A stretch of DNA of 64,000 bases from positions 32,001-96,000 of the IMG/VR virus record IMGVR_UViG_3300028601_000022, one strand, 5' to 3'. The first letter of the stretch is position 1. The number at the start of each line of letters is the position of its first letter. The notes below the pieces were generated by a model that was given only the letters and a program-made list of their open reading frames with translations, was not told where the DNA came from and made no database searches. Source of the DNA: a virus. Its lineage: Duplodnaviria; Caudoviricetes. Positions 40,030-48,425 of this stretch are shown one piece after another. A program made the translations under genes and the position numbers.

Positions 40030-40669
40030 TCACATTCCCCTTCAGGTAGGCCTCAAGGCTGTTGATACGGTTGAACCATCCGCCACCGAAGGTGCCAAAG
40101 GTAGACAGGCCCCTCAGGAAGTCCTTGCGGAGTTCGCATACCTTGAGCGCGAGCTTCAGATCCCATTCAGGGGACGCAAAGTCCTTAAGGCGAGCAAATG
40201 TCTTCGGCCCTAAGGCACCATCACACTCAAGCAACGGCACACCTTCAGTGACAAAGCAATTGACGGCCCTTTGCAGGTAGCTCTTGCCACGATACACGCC
40301 GGAGTTCACACAATAGTCATAGGTAGCGCAGGCAGCAAGTCGGGTAGGAAGCTTTTCAAGCCCTGTCCATACCCAAAAGAACTGCATAAGAATCAGGTCG
40401 CACTGGCGGGGCGTAAAGGACATAAGAAGTTCCGGGTCAAAGATGCGGGTCTTTTTCGAGGACTTCTTATTGGCGTATCCCATAATGAACTGGGCTTCTA
40501 TACCTATGGAGCGCAAGAACTCCAGCCCCTCCGGCTTGGAAGCAAAGTCCGTGATGAAGTGGGTGGCTACACCATTATTGGTAGCACCGCCGGGGTCATC
40601 CTTGTGGTTACATTTTCCCTTTTCCCAAACCGCGGTCACGGCTGCATGAAACTGCTCGATTGTAACCAT
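40022..40669 (-). CDS. Endolysin, GH108 family with C-terminal PG-binding motif
   Basis: WEKG..NHKDDPGGATNNG, YDYCVNSG, LQRAVN, DGALGPKT, FGGGWFNRI. Confidence 0.9.
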   Translation of the reverse strand: MVTIEQFHAAVTAVWEKGKCNHKDDPGGATNNGVATHFITDFASKPEGLEFLRSIGIEAQFIMGYANKKSSKKTRIFDPELLMSFTPRQCDLILMQFFWVWTGLEKLPTRLAACATYDYCVNSGVYRGKSYLQRAVNCFVTEGVPLLECDGALGPKTFARLKDFASPEWDLKLALKVCELRKDFLRGLSTFGTFGGGWFNRINSLEAYLKGNVNA

Positions 40670-40704
40670 CGTGTAGCCTCCTTAAAAAGTTTTATATGCC
40701 AAGC

Positions 40705-41256
40705 CTAGCAAGTTATTCTAAGTTCCAAGCGGATGCGTCCTGGGTCTTGTCCTGCTAGTTCTTTGAATGAAAAGTACAAGTACGGAGGCGTTACTCGGTT
40801 TAGATACGGGGCAAGCCAGGTTTCCTGGAGGATTTCATCCGTTTTATCAGTAACGCCTTTATACAGCCAGTCTACGCCCTGACACTCCGCGTAGGGCCTG
40901 GTATGCAATGCCCATTCACATGACGGAGAATCGCAGGTCATGCGAATCTGGAATATCTGAATATAGCGCTGAAGGGGCGGCCCTATAGGTATATTCAGAA
41001 TGCTGCCGCTTGCCCCAATGTCAGAAAGATGCACACTAGCCATGTTATAGTATTCACTGTCATGGCGGATTGGCGATATGGTTAGTATGGCATTGGGAAA
41101 AAGCTCATAGCTTCTTATGCTCATGTTGACCAGCCTTTGGTATGGAGATACGGTTGAACTCACCGTTAGTGAGAAGTTCTGCTGATAGGAGGTTATCCAT
41201 TGGGATAGTTTCGGCAGAACCCGCGCCTGAAACCAGAACAAAGAATTTGCGCCCAA
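40705..41256 (-). CDS. Hypothetical protein (start uncertain)
   Basis: 183-aa ORF in operon. Confidence 0.5.
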   Translation of the reverse strand: MGANSLFWFQARVLPKLSQWITSYQQNFSLTVSSTVSPYQRLVNMSIRSYELFPNAILTISPIRHDSEYYNMASVHLSDIGASGSILNIPIGPPLQRYIQIFQIRMTCDSPSCEWALHTRPYAECQGVDWLYKGVTDKTDEILQETWLAPYLNRVTPPYLYFSFKELAGQDPGRIRLELRITC

Positions 41257-41339
41257 TTAGAAACTCGGCAACCTTCTTACGAATAAGGATGTCACCTGTC
41301 CTAAGACGCAGCCGAAGAGTCTTTTCAGGCATTTCCACA

Positions 41340-42188
41340 TTACAACCCCTTGAATAGGATGCTGTCTTCCGCCCTTCTGTAAACCTCAGCACAGAATCGG
41401 GGATTCCGTACGTAGGCGGCAAGAATGGTCTTTAACAATGCTTTCCCTTCATCCTTTGACGTTCTCGGGTTCTTGTGATTTTGCAACCGTGTAAAGGAAG
41501 AAGTGGAGTAGCAGGATTCAAGCTGAATAGTTCCGTTGGCCGATTCTGCTGCACCGCGCATCGTTCCAGGCAGCACATAGTCTATGAAAGGAGACGGACG
41601 GTCATTCCAGGCTTCGCCGAAGTGGTTCCCTATATCAACGAGGAATCTCCCTACGTTGCTAAAGATGGGAGTACGCTGGGCGAAGATACAGTCCTTGGCT
41701 ACTATACTTGCCCCGGAGTGTGCCCAGGCACCGAAAGCTCTTACGTCAAAGGCCTCGCCCCAGTTTTCTATGATGCACTGGTTCATAGTAACGCGCACGC
41801 CATCTTGTGCTTCCGGGCAGCGGCGCCCGCAGCCTAAAAAGAGAACGCGGTTAAGGTTCCACTCACCGAACTCTCGGTCAATTGATGGATAATCGCCGTT
41901 ACCGCAGAGCATTGCCTTTATGGAGCCGATAATAACGGAGTCTTCTACCGTAACTTGGGCTCCATAGATTCCTACGAGGGCTTCATCCTGCCTATCGTGA
42001 GGTATGTGGCTAAAGTCAATGATGCAGTTCCTAATAACGGTTTTCTTTGCGAGGGCTTTTTCATGGCCCGGGCCATAAATTTCAATGCCATGCCCTTCCG
42101 AAGCTATTTGCCCGGGTTGGACGATAATAAGGTTTTCGTAAAGTTGCACGTCCTGAAGTTCACCCGTAGGCGCCAGGGATGTATCCAC
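41340..42188 (-). CDS. Right-handed beta-helix, pectate-lyase-like protein
   Basis: TVIRNCII, QDEAL, KAMLCGNGD, GRRCPEAQDG, IVAKDCIF resemble PL1 motifs; AGGAG RBS with GTG start. Confidence 0.65.
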   Translation of the reverse strand: MDTSLAPTGELQDVQLYENLIIVQPGQIASEGHGIEIYGPGHEKALAKKTVIRNCIIDFSHIPHDRQDEALVGIYGAQVTVEDSVIIGSIKAMLCGNGDYPSIDREFGEWNLNRVLFLGCGRRCPEAQDGVRVTMNQCIIENWGEAFDVRAFGAWAHSGASIVAKDCIFAQRTPIFSNVGRFLVDIGNHFGEAWNDRPSPFIDYVLPGTMRGAAESANGTIQLESCYSTSSFTRLQNHKNPRTSKDEGKALLKTILAAYVRNPRFCAEVYRRAEDSILFKGL

Positions 42189-42224
42189 GGTTGTCTCCTA
42201 AAAATATGAATCGTATAGAGGTAG

Positions 42225-42262
42225 AAAACCTCCCTTACGCGCAAAACTTTGCAAGGGAGGTT
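42225..42262 (-). terminator. Intrinsic terminator after the terminase gene
   Basis: AACCTCCCTT...AAGGGAGGTT with T4 tail on the minus strand. Confidence 0.65.
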
Positions 42263-42305
42263 CCTATTACTAGACAAAATAGCTAGTTACTGATTGTTTA
42301 GGGTT

Positions 42306-44726
42306 CTACCGAGATAGAAGAACGGCAGTTCCGATGCCCGGCAGGGTTGTTACTACGTTGTTAGAACCGCCAGAGTTTCCTGAATACGCGCCTATAACAC
42401 CATCGAACTTTTCGCGGGTATATTCACCCTCACCGGTAAACATAGGACCGAACTCTTCACTTTCAACAAGGGCAACACCAAGGGCAGCGGCCCTAAGAAT
42501 GTCGTCTGTAAAGTCGTCTCCTGCATCCGAGTTCTTGGTGATGGTTCTTCCTGTATCCTTCGATACTAAAAGCTGAATCATGAGGTGAGAAACAGGCTTC
42601 TTGAACACCAGTTCCTGGAAGTCCTTATCCATATCAAGGATGTCCTTAAGCTCACCGTCAAGGCGCGGAAGAACCCAGGTTTCTGAATTGATACGTGTCC
42701 TTAAGGATTCAAAATCATCATATCGGAGAGAATACTGGGTTGCATCCACACCGAAGTCCGTGTACACCCTGGACTGAAAGTCCACACCTTGCCAGCTATC
42801 TGTGGCAAACAGCTTCACGTTGTAAGCCTCTATGATAGGGGCAATAACGTGTTTGTACACCATGTTGTGACTGATAGGGATACCGTCCATAGGCTGGATC
42901 TCTAGTAGACCGCTGGTTGCTATCAAGGCATCTTCTGGGTCGTCCGGGTGCGGTATAAGATGCGTAAGGGCAAGAGCAAAGGAGTTCTTCTTCCAGCCAC
43001 CGTCAATAGAAAGGCAACAAGGGAAGCTGTGAGGGTTCATCTTGATTGTAGGATACAGGGCCCTACCACCGAGAGAGTCCTTAACTACCTTGATTTTGTC
43101 GATGGCCAGAACATTAGGACGTTTGGAAAGAATAGGAACAATCTGTGAAGCCCTACGGATAAACGGGTCGCTTGCAAACGGTGGGTTGGAACCGTAATCT
43201 CGTTCTGCGGCAACCGGGTCTTCCATGTACTTTGTCCGAATAAACTCGCAGTCCCTTGGCATATTGGGGTTGAACTCCCAAGTAGCCATCTTCTTTCCGT
43301 ATATGTTACTGACGCGCTTTGACCTCTTGTACATGCCCATGATAAAGTCCTGCTTAGACCTGGTAGACGAGGTATACAGGCCATAGGCAGAGGGTGCCCC
43401 AGGGAAGCGCGGGAATATGCTTTCAAATGCCGTTTGTACAGTAGACAGGCTGTTGTTTAGAGCATCATAGGCTTGCCAGGCGTTCATCATAATCTTGTCA
43501 CCAGTCAAGAATGCGCCTTCGTCTATTGATGCAAGTATCCTGGTCTTACCGCGAAGCTTACGAAAGTCGCCATTAGAGAAGGATGCGTAGAGGCCCTTGT
43601 GGTTGTAGGCAATAAAGGTGTCCATATGCTTATACAGTTCAGTGCCAATACGCTTGCCCTCGGAGTCCAAGAACTGATGGTACATTCTATACCAAGGTGA
43701 CCAAGTAAAGACGTTATCCATAGGCGACCAGACGTTCTTGTAGGTTTCCTCCGACGTAACACCTACAAACGTAGCGTGAAACTCGGTAACGTCAAGTTGC
43801 CGCATGAACTTAGCCGGGCTAGGGAGTTGCAGATATTCATGGATGATAGCCGGTGACACCATCCACAAAAGACCGGTTTTACCAGAACGCTGACCAACGG
43901 CAAGAACGAGGCTAGCATACAGGGTGTGTTTTCCATCCTGCACAGCCTCGTACTTTGTCTTTTTGCACTTAGGGCATACACCCTTTGAGTACAGGACCAC
44001 ACGGTCAAGTATTTCATCGGGTGGAGTATCAACCTCAATCTTTTTCCGTACCCACTGCGTGTCCGAACAATACGGGCAGTATGCACCAAAGAAGTCAAGG
44101 GATATTTGCAGCTGCCTTGGATACAGTGGCTGGTTGAGGAAAGACGGGTCAATGATGAACTTGATAATGTTATCGGACTTTGGAAGGTCACGTTCATCCA
44201 CCAAAGCAAAGGCTTCTGGGTCGTAGTTCCTCGATACAATCTCCTCAATCTTGTCCAGCGCAGACCATTCAGACCTGTCTTTGTCCTGTAACGTAGGGTC
44301 AAGAAGCTTTTTAGGTTTCGGTGACTTTACAATAGGGCCAGGGATAGGCGTTGGCGTATCCTTGTCCAGGAGCTCAATCTTTCCTACGTCCTTCTTTTTC
44401 TTCTTTTTCCCCTTGCGTTCTGCCGATGCAGCCTTTTCGGCCCTCTTAAGCCGTTTCTTTTTGAGGTATTCCTCGTACTCAAGGGCATCAGGGAATATGG
44501 AATAGTCGTTGCGCTTGTCTGCCTTAGAAAAGGAGGTACAGAAATTGCGGCAACCCGGATTGTTCTTGCAGAGGACAATACAAGAGGTAGCGTATTCGCA
44601 ATGCCTGCAGGTGTACTTATAGTTCACCCACTTGCCGCATTTCTTTCCTGGCTTTTTGCATAGACCGTGCTTCAACAATGCACAGGTATCACAGGTCTTT
44701 TCGACCTTCTTCTTTACCTTCTCCAT
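42306..44726 (-). CDS. terL: Terminase large subunit with Cys-rich N-terminal extension
   Basis: LYPRQ adenine motif, Walker A GQRSGKT, Walker B ASIDE, ATWEFNP, nuclease LSIDGG...TDDILRA. Confidence 0.88.
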   Translation of the reverse strand: MEKVKKKVEKTCDTCALLKHGLCKKPGKKCGKWVNYKYTCRHCEYATSCIVLCKNNPGCRNFCTSFSKADKRNDYSIFPDALEYEEYLKKKRLKRAEKAASAERKGKKKKKKDVGKIELLDKDTPTPIPGPIVKSPKPKKLLDPTLQDKDRSEWSALDKIEEIVSRNYDPEAFALVDERDLPKSDNIIKFIIDPSFLNQPLYPRQLQISLDFFGAYCPYCSDTQWVRKKIEVDTPPDEILDRVVLYSKGVCPKCKKTKYEAVQDGKHTLYASLVLAVGQRSGKTGLLWMVSPAIIHEYLQLPSPAKFMRQLDVTEFHATFVGVTSEETYKNVWSPMDNVFTWSPWYRMYHQFLDSEGKRIGTELYKHMDTFIAYNHKGLYASFSNGDFRKLRGKTRILASIDEGAFLTGDKIMMNAWQAYDALNNSLSTVQTAFESIFPRFPGAPSAYGLYTSSTRSKQDFIMGMYKRSKRVSNIYGKKMATWEFNPNMPRDCEFIRTKYMEDPVAAERDYGSNPPFASDPFIRRASQIVPILSKRPNVLAIDKIKVVKDSLGGRALYPTIKMNPHSFPCCLSIDGGWKKNSFALALTHLIPHPDDPEDALIATSGLLEIQPMDGIPISHNMVYKHVIAPIIEAYNVKLFATDSWQGVDFQSRVYTDFGVDATQYSLRYDDFESLRTRINSETWVLPRLDGELKDILDMDKDFQELVFKKPVSHLMIQLLVSKDTGRTITKNSDAGDDFTDDILRAAALGVALVESEEFGPMFTGEGEYTREKFDGVIGAYSGNSGGSNNVVTTLPGIGTAVLLSR

Positions 44727-44735
44727 GCTTTACCT

Positions 44736-45830
44736 CTAGCTGGATACAGGGCCTACCGCCATGAACGAATATCGGTCGTTCTTTGCTGTGAGTTTGTACA
44801 GGTTACCGTTTGTTCCCACCTGGAAAGACACCCGCTCGGCGGAAGAACTTGCAGTTGCCAATGTAGAATGGAGGTATACCTCGGGTATTTCAAGGGAGAC
44901 CTTACCCAGCGTATTCTTTTCGACTTCAAAGGAGTCGCCGCAAGTGCCGTTCTTCGATTCCAAGCGCATCTTTCCCCTGGTACCGTTGAATGAAACCTTC
45001 ACAAGGTCAGCACCGCTGGACGTTGCACGAACGGAACTGAGGACAGGAAGAACATCCTTAGGAACCATTGTGATTTTGCCCTTTGTAAAGGCGCTGTCGT
45101 CCAACAGGGTTGCGTAGAAGTCCGTGTAGCCCTTCGTTTCGTCTTCAATGGTAGGAATGACCGCTTCAACGGTATCGCTTTCTACCACAAAAGAGTTTTC
45201 CGTAACCGAGATTCGGGCTTCGGAAGAAACAACGGACAAGACATCCATCACACGGGCCATAGGCACTGTAACTTCAAACGGCGTCTTGGAGATGGGCTCC
45301 GGCGAATCGTAGAATGCGCAGGAGTTCACCGATGCAAAGCGGACAGACATGCCGTCCTTTGAATTCCTGAAAAGAGCAGAGCCATTGAAGCTTGCGTCAG
45401 GTGTCTGGAACGTGAAGTCCTTGAATACCTCGCGCAAGAATGCCACCTTCTTTGCAGGTATGTTGATGAAGTCCAACCCTTCCCGGTCACGCGCAATGCT
45501 GTCCTTGGTGACGTCCAGGACATAGATGCTATTCTTGGAACCGCAGGCGATATCCAGCTTGGAATTGGCAGAGTCATAGGTGGCCTCGTACTCTGCACCG
45601 CGCATGGAAAGGGTGTTGTTGAATACCTCGGATGCAAGTCCGACCAGCCCTTTCTTTGTAACTTCCGCACCAAGAACAGCAATGCGGAGATAGTGAGTGG
45701 GCTCGTTGGCAATGAGCCATAACGTGCCTTCTTTCGGCTGTGCCAGTATGTAAATGGTCGTCAGGTCTTTAACGACCTTGGTAATAACCTTGAATGCCTC
45801 GGACAGGGCCTTCTTATCTGCTTTGAACAT
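44736..45830 (-). CDS. DNA polymerase sliding clamp, DnaN (beta)-like
   Basis: 364 aa; MFKADKKALSEAFKVI N-terminus and repeating beta-alpha three-domain pattern ending YSFMAVGP. Confidence 0.65.
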   Translation of the reverse strand: MFKADKKALSEAFKVITKVVKDLTTIYILAQPKEGTLWLIANEPTHYLRIAVLGAEVTKKGLVGLASEVFNNTLSMRGAEYEATYDSANSKLDIACGSKNSIYVLDVTKDSIARDREGLDFINIPAKKVAFLREVFKDFTFQTPDASFNGSALFRNSKDGMSVRFASVNSCAFYDSPEPISKTPFEVTVPMARVMDVLSVVSSEARISVTENSFVVESDTVEAVIPTIEDETKGYTDFYATLLDDSAFTKGKITMVPKDVLPVLSSVRATSSGADLVKVSFNGTRGKMRLESKNGTCGDSFEVEKNTLGKVSLEIPEVYLHSTLATASSSAERVSFQVGTNGNLYKLTAKNDRYSFMAVGPVSS

Positions 45831-45861
45831 TGGCTAAATCCTCCTTACTATATATTAAACG

Positions 45862-46011
45862 CTACCGAGCGATTCGTCTGTTTTTAGAAGGTGCTCCTCC
45901 CCTATCCCTCTCAAACTCATCCTTAAGCACCTCATACATATAAAAGAACTTTTGGTACTCCATAGAAGCAAAGGAGTTGTAACTCGTATGCCGACTAAGG
46001 GAGTATTCCAT
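45862..46011 (-). CDS. Small tail/baseplate assembly chaperone-like peptide
   Basis: MEYSLSRHTSYNSFASMEYQKFFYMYEVL; overlaps the 3' end of the upstream gene in another frame. Confidence 0.5.
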   Translation of the reverse strand: MEYSLSRHTSYNSFASMEYQKFFYMYEVLKDEFERDRGGAPSKNRRIAR

Positions 46012-47359
46012 ATTCCAGATTGACTGGGGTTCTACGAAAGGGAATAAGGATGTCACCTGCCACAACATCGACTGTGTTTTCAGCACCACATACCTTGATG
46101 CCGCCTTTCTTTGCAGCTGGGGCGTCCAGATGTGCCTCCATCCATTTCGGTAGTTCCTTGTCTGGGTTAGGCGTTTCTGTAGAAAGTTCGCCATTCATAA
46201 CACCCTGAACGAGGTCTGCCGTAACCGCAGCCATTTCTTTTTGTTTTGTTTTGTCTAAAGGAATGCGACACCGGAACTTGATAGGGTCAGAGCCATGATA
46301 CAGCACCCGACCAAGTTCCCGCATGATAGCTCGGTCTTCTGGGTTTTCGGAAGCCTGCAAGAAATTGAAGTAGGATACTTCCCAAGGGTGAGAAACACAG
46401 CGGCAAGCATTCACTGCCATTGTATCTATGATTTGGTTGCCCTCATCTGTTACGAGGTATTCAGCACCCATCTTCCGCCAGTAACGGTCAGTCTTAATGA
46501 GGTGCATTACATCACCGATGGTGTGAGGCATAAACACAAACACCTCATCCGGGAATGTATGAAAACGAACCTTCAAAGGAAGTTCAATGTCTTCCAGAGT
46601 AGTGAAAGACACATCACTGAGGTGAAACTCGGCAAGGCCTGGTCTGCCGCAGGACTTGCATACGTACGGGTAGCGGAAAAGGGAGTCACCGAGGGACTGC
46701 AAATGCCGGGTATCACCAATAAAGGTGAAGTCCGAGAAGGTAAGCTCTAGCGGGCTCATGCCGAGGGTGTATATTCCCTCAAGCATAATTTCGTACTTCT
46801 GGTACAGCGAAACGTCCGGATTGTTGATGGCCTCAATGTCGGCTACGCTGTAGGGGGAGTAAGAAATAAGGTAGTCCTCAGGGTACACAACCCCGCCTGA
46901 CGGAACAGCCGGTATATGTATAGCCCTGCGCTGCCTTCGATTGCGATAGTATTCCCGCTCTATAGCTAGTGAGGCCTTGGTAAAGCGTGCCTGGTCGAGA
47001 AGTTCCTTCTTCTCTAGCCTCGTTGCGTTGAGGTCATCAAAGGCTGCCTGCAAAAAGGCCGGCACATTAGACGGTACGCCAGTAGGGGCAACCGGTGCAT
47101 CTACCACTCGGGTACCGGCCAGTGCTGGGTCATCAGTCAACACGAGGGGCTCACCGGAGTTGATTGCGTCAACCATCCAGTCTTCCAGGGGCTTCATGTT
47201 AGCCGGGTCGTCAGGCTTAGGGAGGACGGCAGATTTTGGCGGTTCTTTCTTTTGGTTAAGAATGTCGTCCTCCCGACCGGTCTGTATCGTAAGAACCTTT
47301 TCGGGTTTATGTGGTTTGGGAGGCTCTTTGAATTGACGGTTTACACGCTCACTGCTCAT
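45995..47359 (-). CDS. Baseplate hub/tail assembly chaperone (T4 gp26-like)
   Basis: VPSGGVVYP, LTFSDFTFI...SLG, YVCKSC, PHTIGD. Confidence 0.6.
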   Translation of the reverse strand: MSSERVNRQFKEPPKPHKPEKVLTIQTGREDDILNQKKEPPKSAVLPKPDDPANMKPLEDWMVDAINSGEPLVLTDDPALAGTRVVDAPVAPTGVPSNVPAFLQAAFDDLNATRLEKKELLDQARFTKASLAIEREYYRNRRQRRAIHIPAVPSGGVVYPEDYLISYSPYSVADIEAINNPDVSLYQKYEIMLEGIYTLGMSPLELTFSDFTFIGDTRHLQSLGDSLFRYPYVCKSCGRPGLAEFHLSDVSFTTLEDIELPLKVRFHTFPDEVFVFMPHTIGDVMHLIKTDRYWRKMGAEYLVTDEGNQIIDTMAVNACRCVSHPWEVSYFNFLQASENPEDRAIMRELGRVLYHGSDPIKFRCRIPLDKTKQKEMAAVTADLVQGVMNGELSTETPNPDKELPKWMEAHLDAPAAKKGGIKVCGAENTVDVVAGDILIPFRRTPVNLEYGILP

Positions 47360-47367
47360 TGTTGCTC

Positions 47368-47895
47368 CTAAAGGTCTTCCTTGCGAACGTAGCCACGCGC
47401 TAGTGTAACCAGGTCGCTCATGGAAGAAGTAGCGGTGCTAAGGTTAAGGGACGCTTCCTCGTCCTTGCCAAGAGGCTCGAACTCTTGATGCACCCCAGTG
47501 AGGCAGTCTGCATTCTTTCCGTACAGACCCTTGCTGTCACGGGCAGCGCACACGTCCAACGGTGTGGAGATGTATATGAGGCGGAATTTATCCTCACCAA
47601 TAATACTTTGTGCTGCCTGCCGCATAGACTTCATTGGCGTAATCATGGACACAACGCACGATATGCCCTGGTCATTGCACAACTTGCAGATACCAGCAAC
47701 CCGTCGGACGTTTTCAAGCCGGTCTTCCAGGGAAAATCCCAGGTCAGAACAGATGCTTTGGCGGATAACATCACCGTCAAGGTGAAGGTAAGGCATCCGC
47801 ATTTTAGTGATAATTTCCTTGGCAAAAGTGGTCTTTCCGGCTCCTGACAAACCGAATATCCAGACCGTCCGCACCTTACTCGCGTTTACGCACAT
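47368..47895 (-). CDS. cysC: Adenylyl-sulfate (APS) kinase
   Basis: WIFGLSGAGKTT, LDGD.IR, DLGFSLEDRLENVRR, ITP, TPLDVCAARDSKGLY, TGV..EFE. Confidence 0.92.
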   Translation of the reverse strand: MCVNASKVRTVWIFGLSGAGKTTFAKEIITKMRMPYLHLDGDVIRQSICSDLGFSLEDRLENVRRVAGICKLCNDQGISCVVSMITPMKSMRQAAQSIIGEDKFRLIYISTPLDVCAARDSKGLYGKNADCLTGVHQEFEPLGKDEEASLNLSTATSSMSDLVTLARGYVRKEDL

Positions 47896-47907
47896 TTAAT
47901 CCTCCAT

Positions 47908-48051
47908 TCAATACGTTACATCTGAATCGGCAGGATATACCCGCCCACACTTGATGCACTCCACTATCCTCTTTTTAGCCATGAAAATCTTAGGTTCAGT
48001 AGGGCTACCCAGTACGGTCGCCGCAGCAGATGTAGAAGAACCTCCGCTCAT
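47908..48051 (-). CDS. 47-aa peptide with Ser/Gly-rich N-terminus and CxxC
   Basis: AAAGGAGG RBS before MSGGSSTSAAA...CIKC. Confidence 0.5.
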   Translation of the reverse strand: MSGGSSTSAAATVLGSPTEPKIFMAKKRIVECIKCGRVYPADSDVTY

Positions 48052-48114
48052 TATAGCCTCCTTTAGGTAACCTATCTTCATATACTTAAACGTCATTTAG
48101 GATATTGGAACAAA

Positions 48115-48222
48115 ACGTGTGTATTGACACGCGCAGCGAAAATATAACCCAATAGGAACGCCTACGGGTGCCCTATGGTGTGTCCAGGGTACTCATAGGC
48201 GCTCCTATTTCCTAGTTTTTCA
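48115..48222. repeat. Intergenic palindromic element, copy 3 (diverged)
   Basis: CGTGTGTATTGACACG...ATAGGAACGCCTACGGGTGCCCTATGGTGTGTCCAGGGTACTCATAGGCGCTCCTAT. Confidence 0.75.
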
Positions 48223-48425
48223 ACGGCCTGGTCTATTGGTAATCACCCTGCAACCGGCGTTTTGCTGCGGCATCCAGTACCTCATAGCACTTGCAGAAAC
48301 GGGTACCCGTGATATTACCCTACGAGGAAACACGGTAGAAAATGCCTTGGTATTAGGCGGAGTATAAGACATTCTCCTCGAAGGGTGGCGTTTCAAGAAG
48401 GGAAGAGGCCGGACACGCCCGTAAC

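Noticed and set aside
17251-48222. CRISPR array or IS ends
   Set aside because: The three hairpins are 12-19 kb apart with no repeat-spacer periodicity, and no cas or transposase gene is present
48220-48372. 50-aa minus-strand ORF (MSYTPPNTKAF...) after rSAM4
   Set aside because: GAGGAG lies only 1 nt from the ATG and there is no recognisable motif; not supportable as a gene, though not excluded
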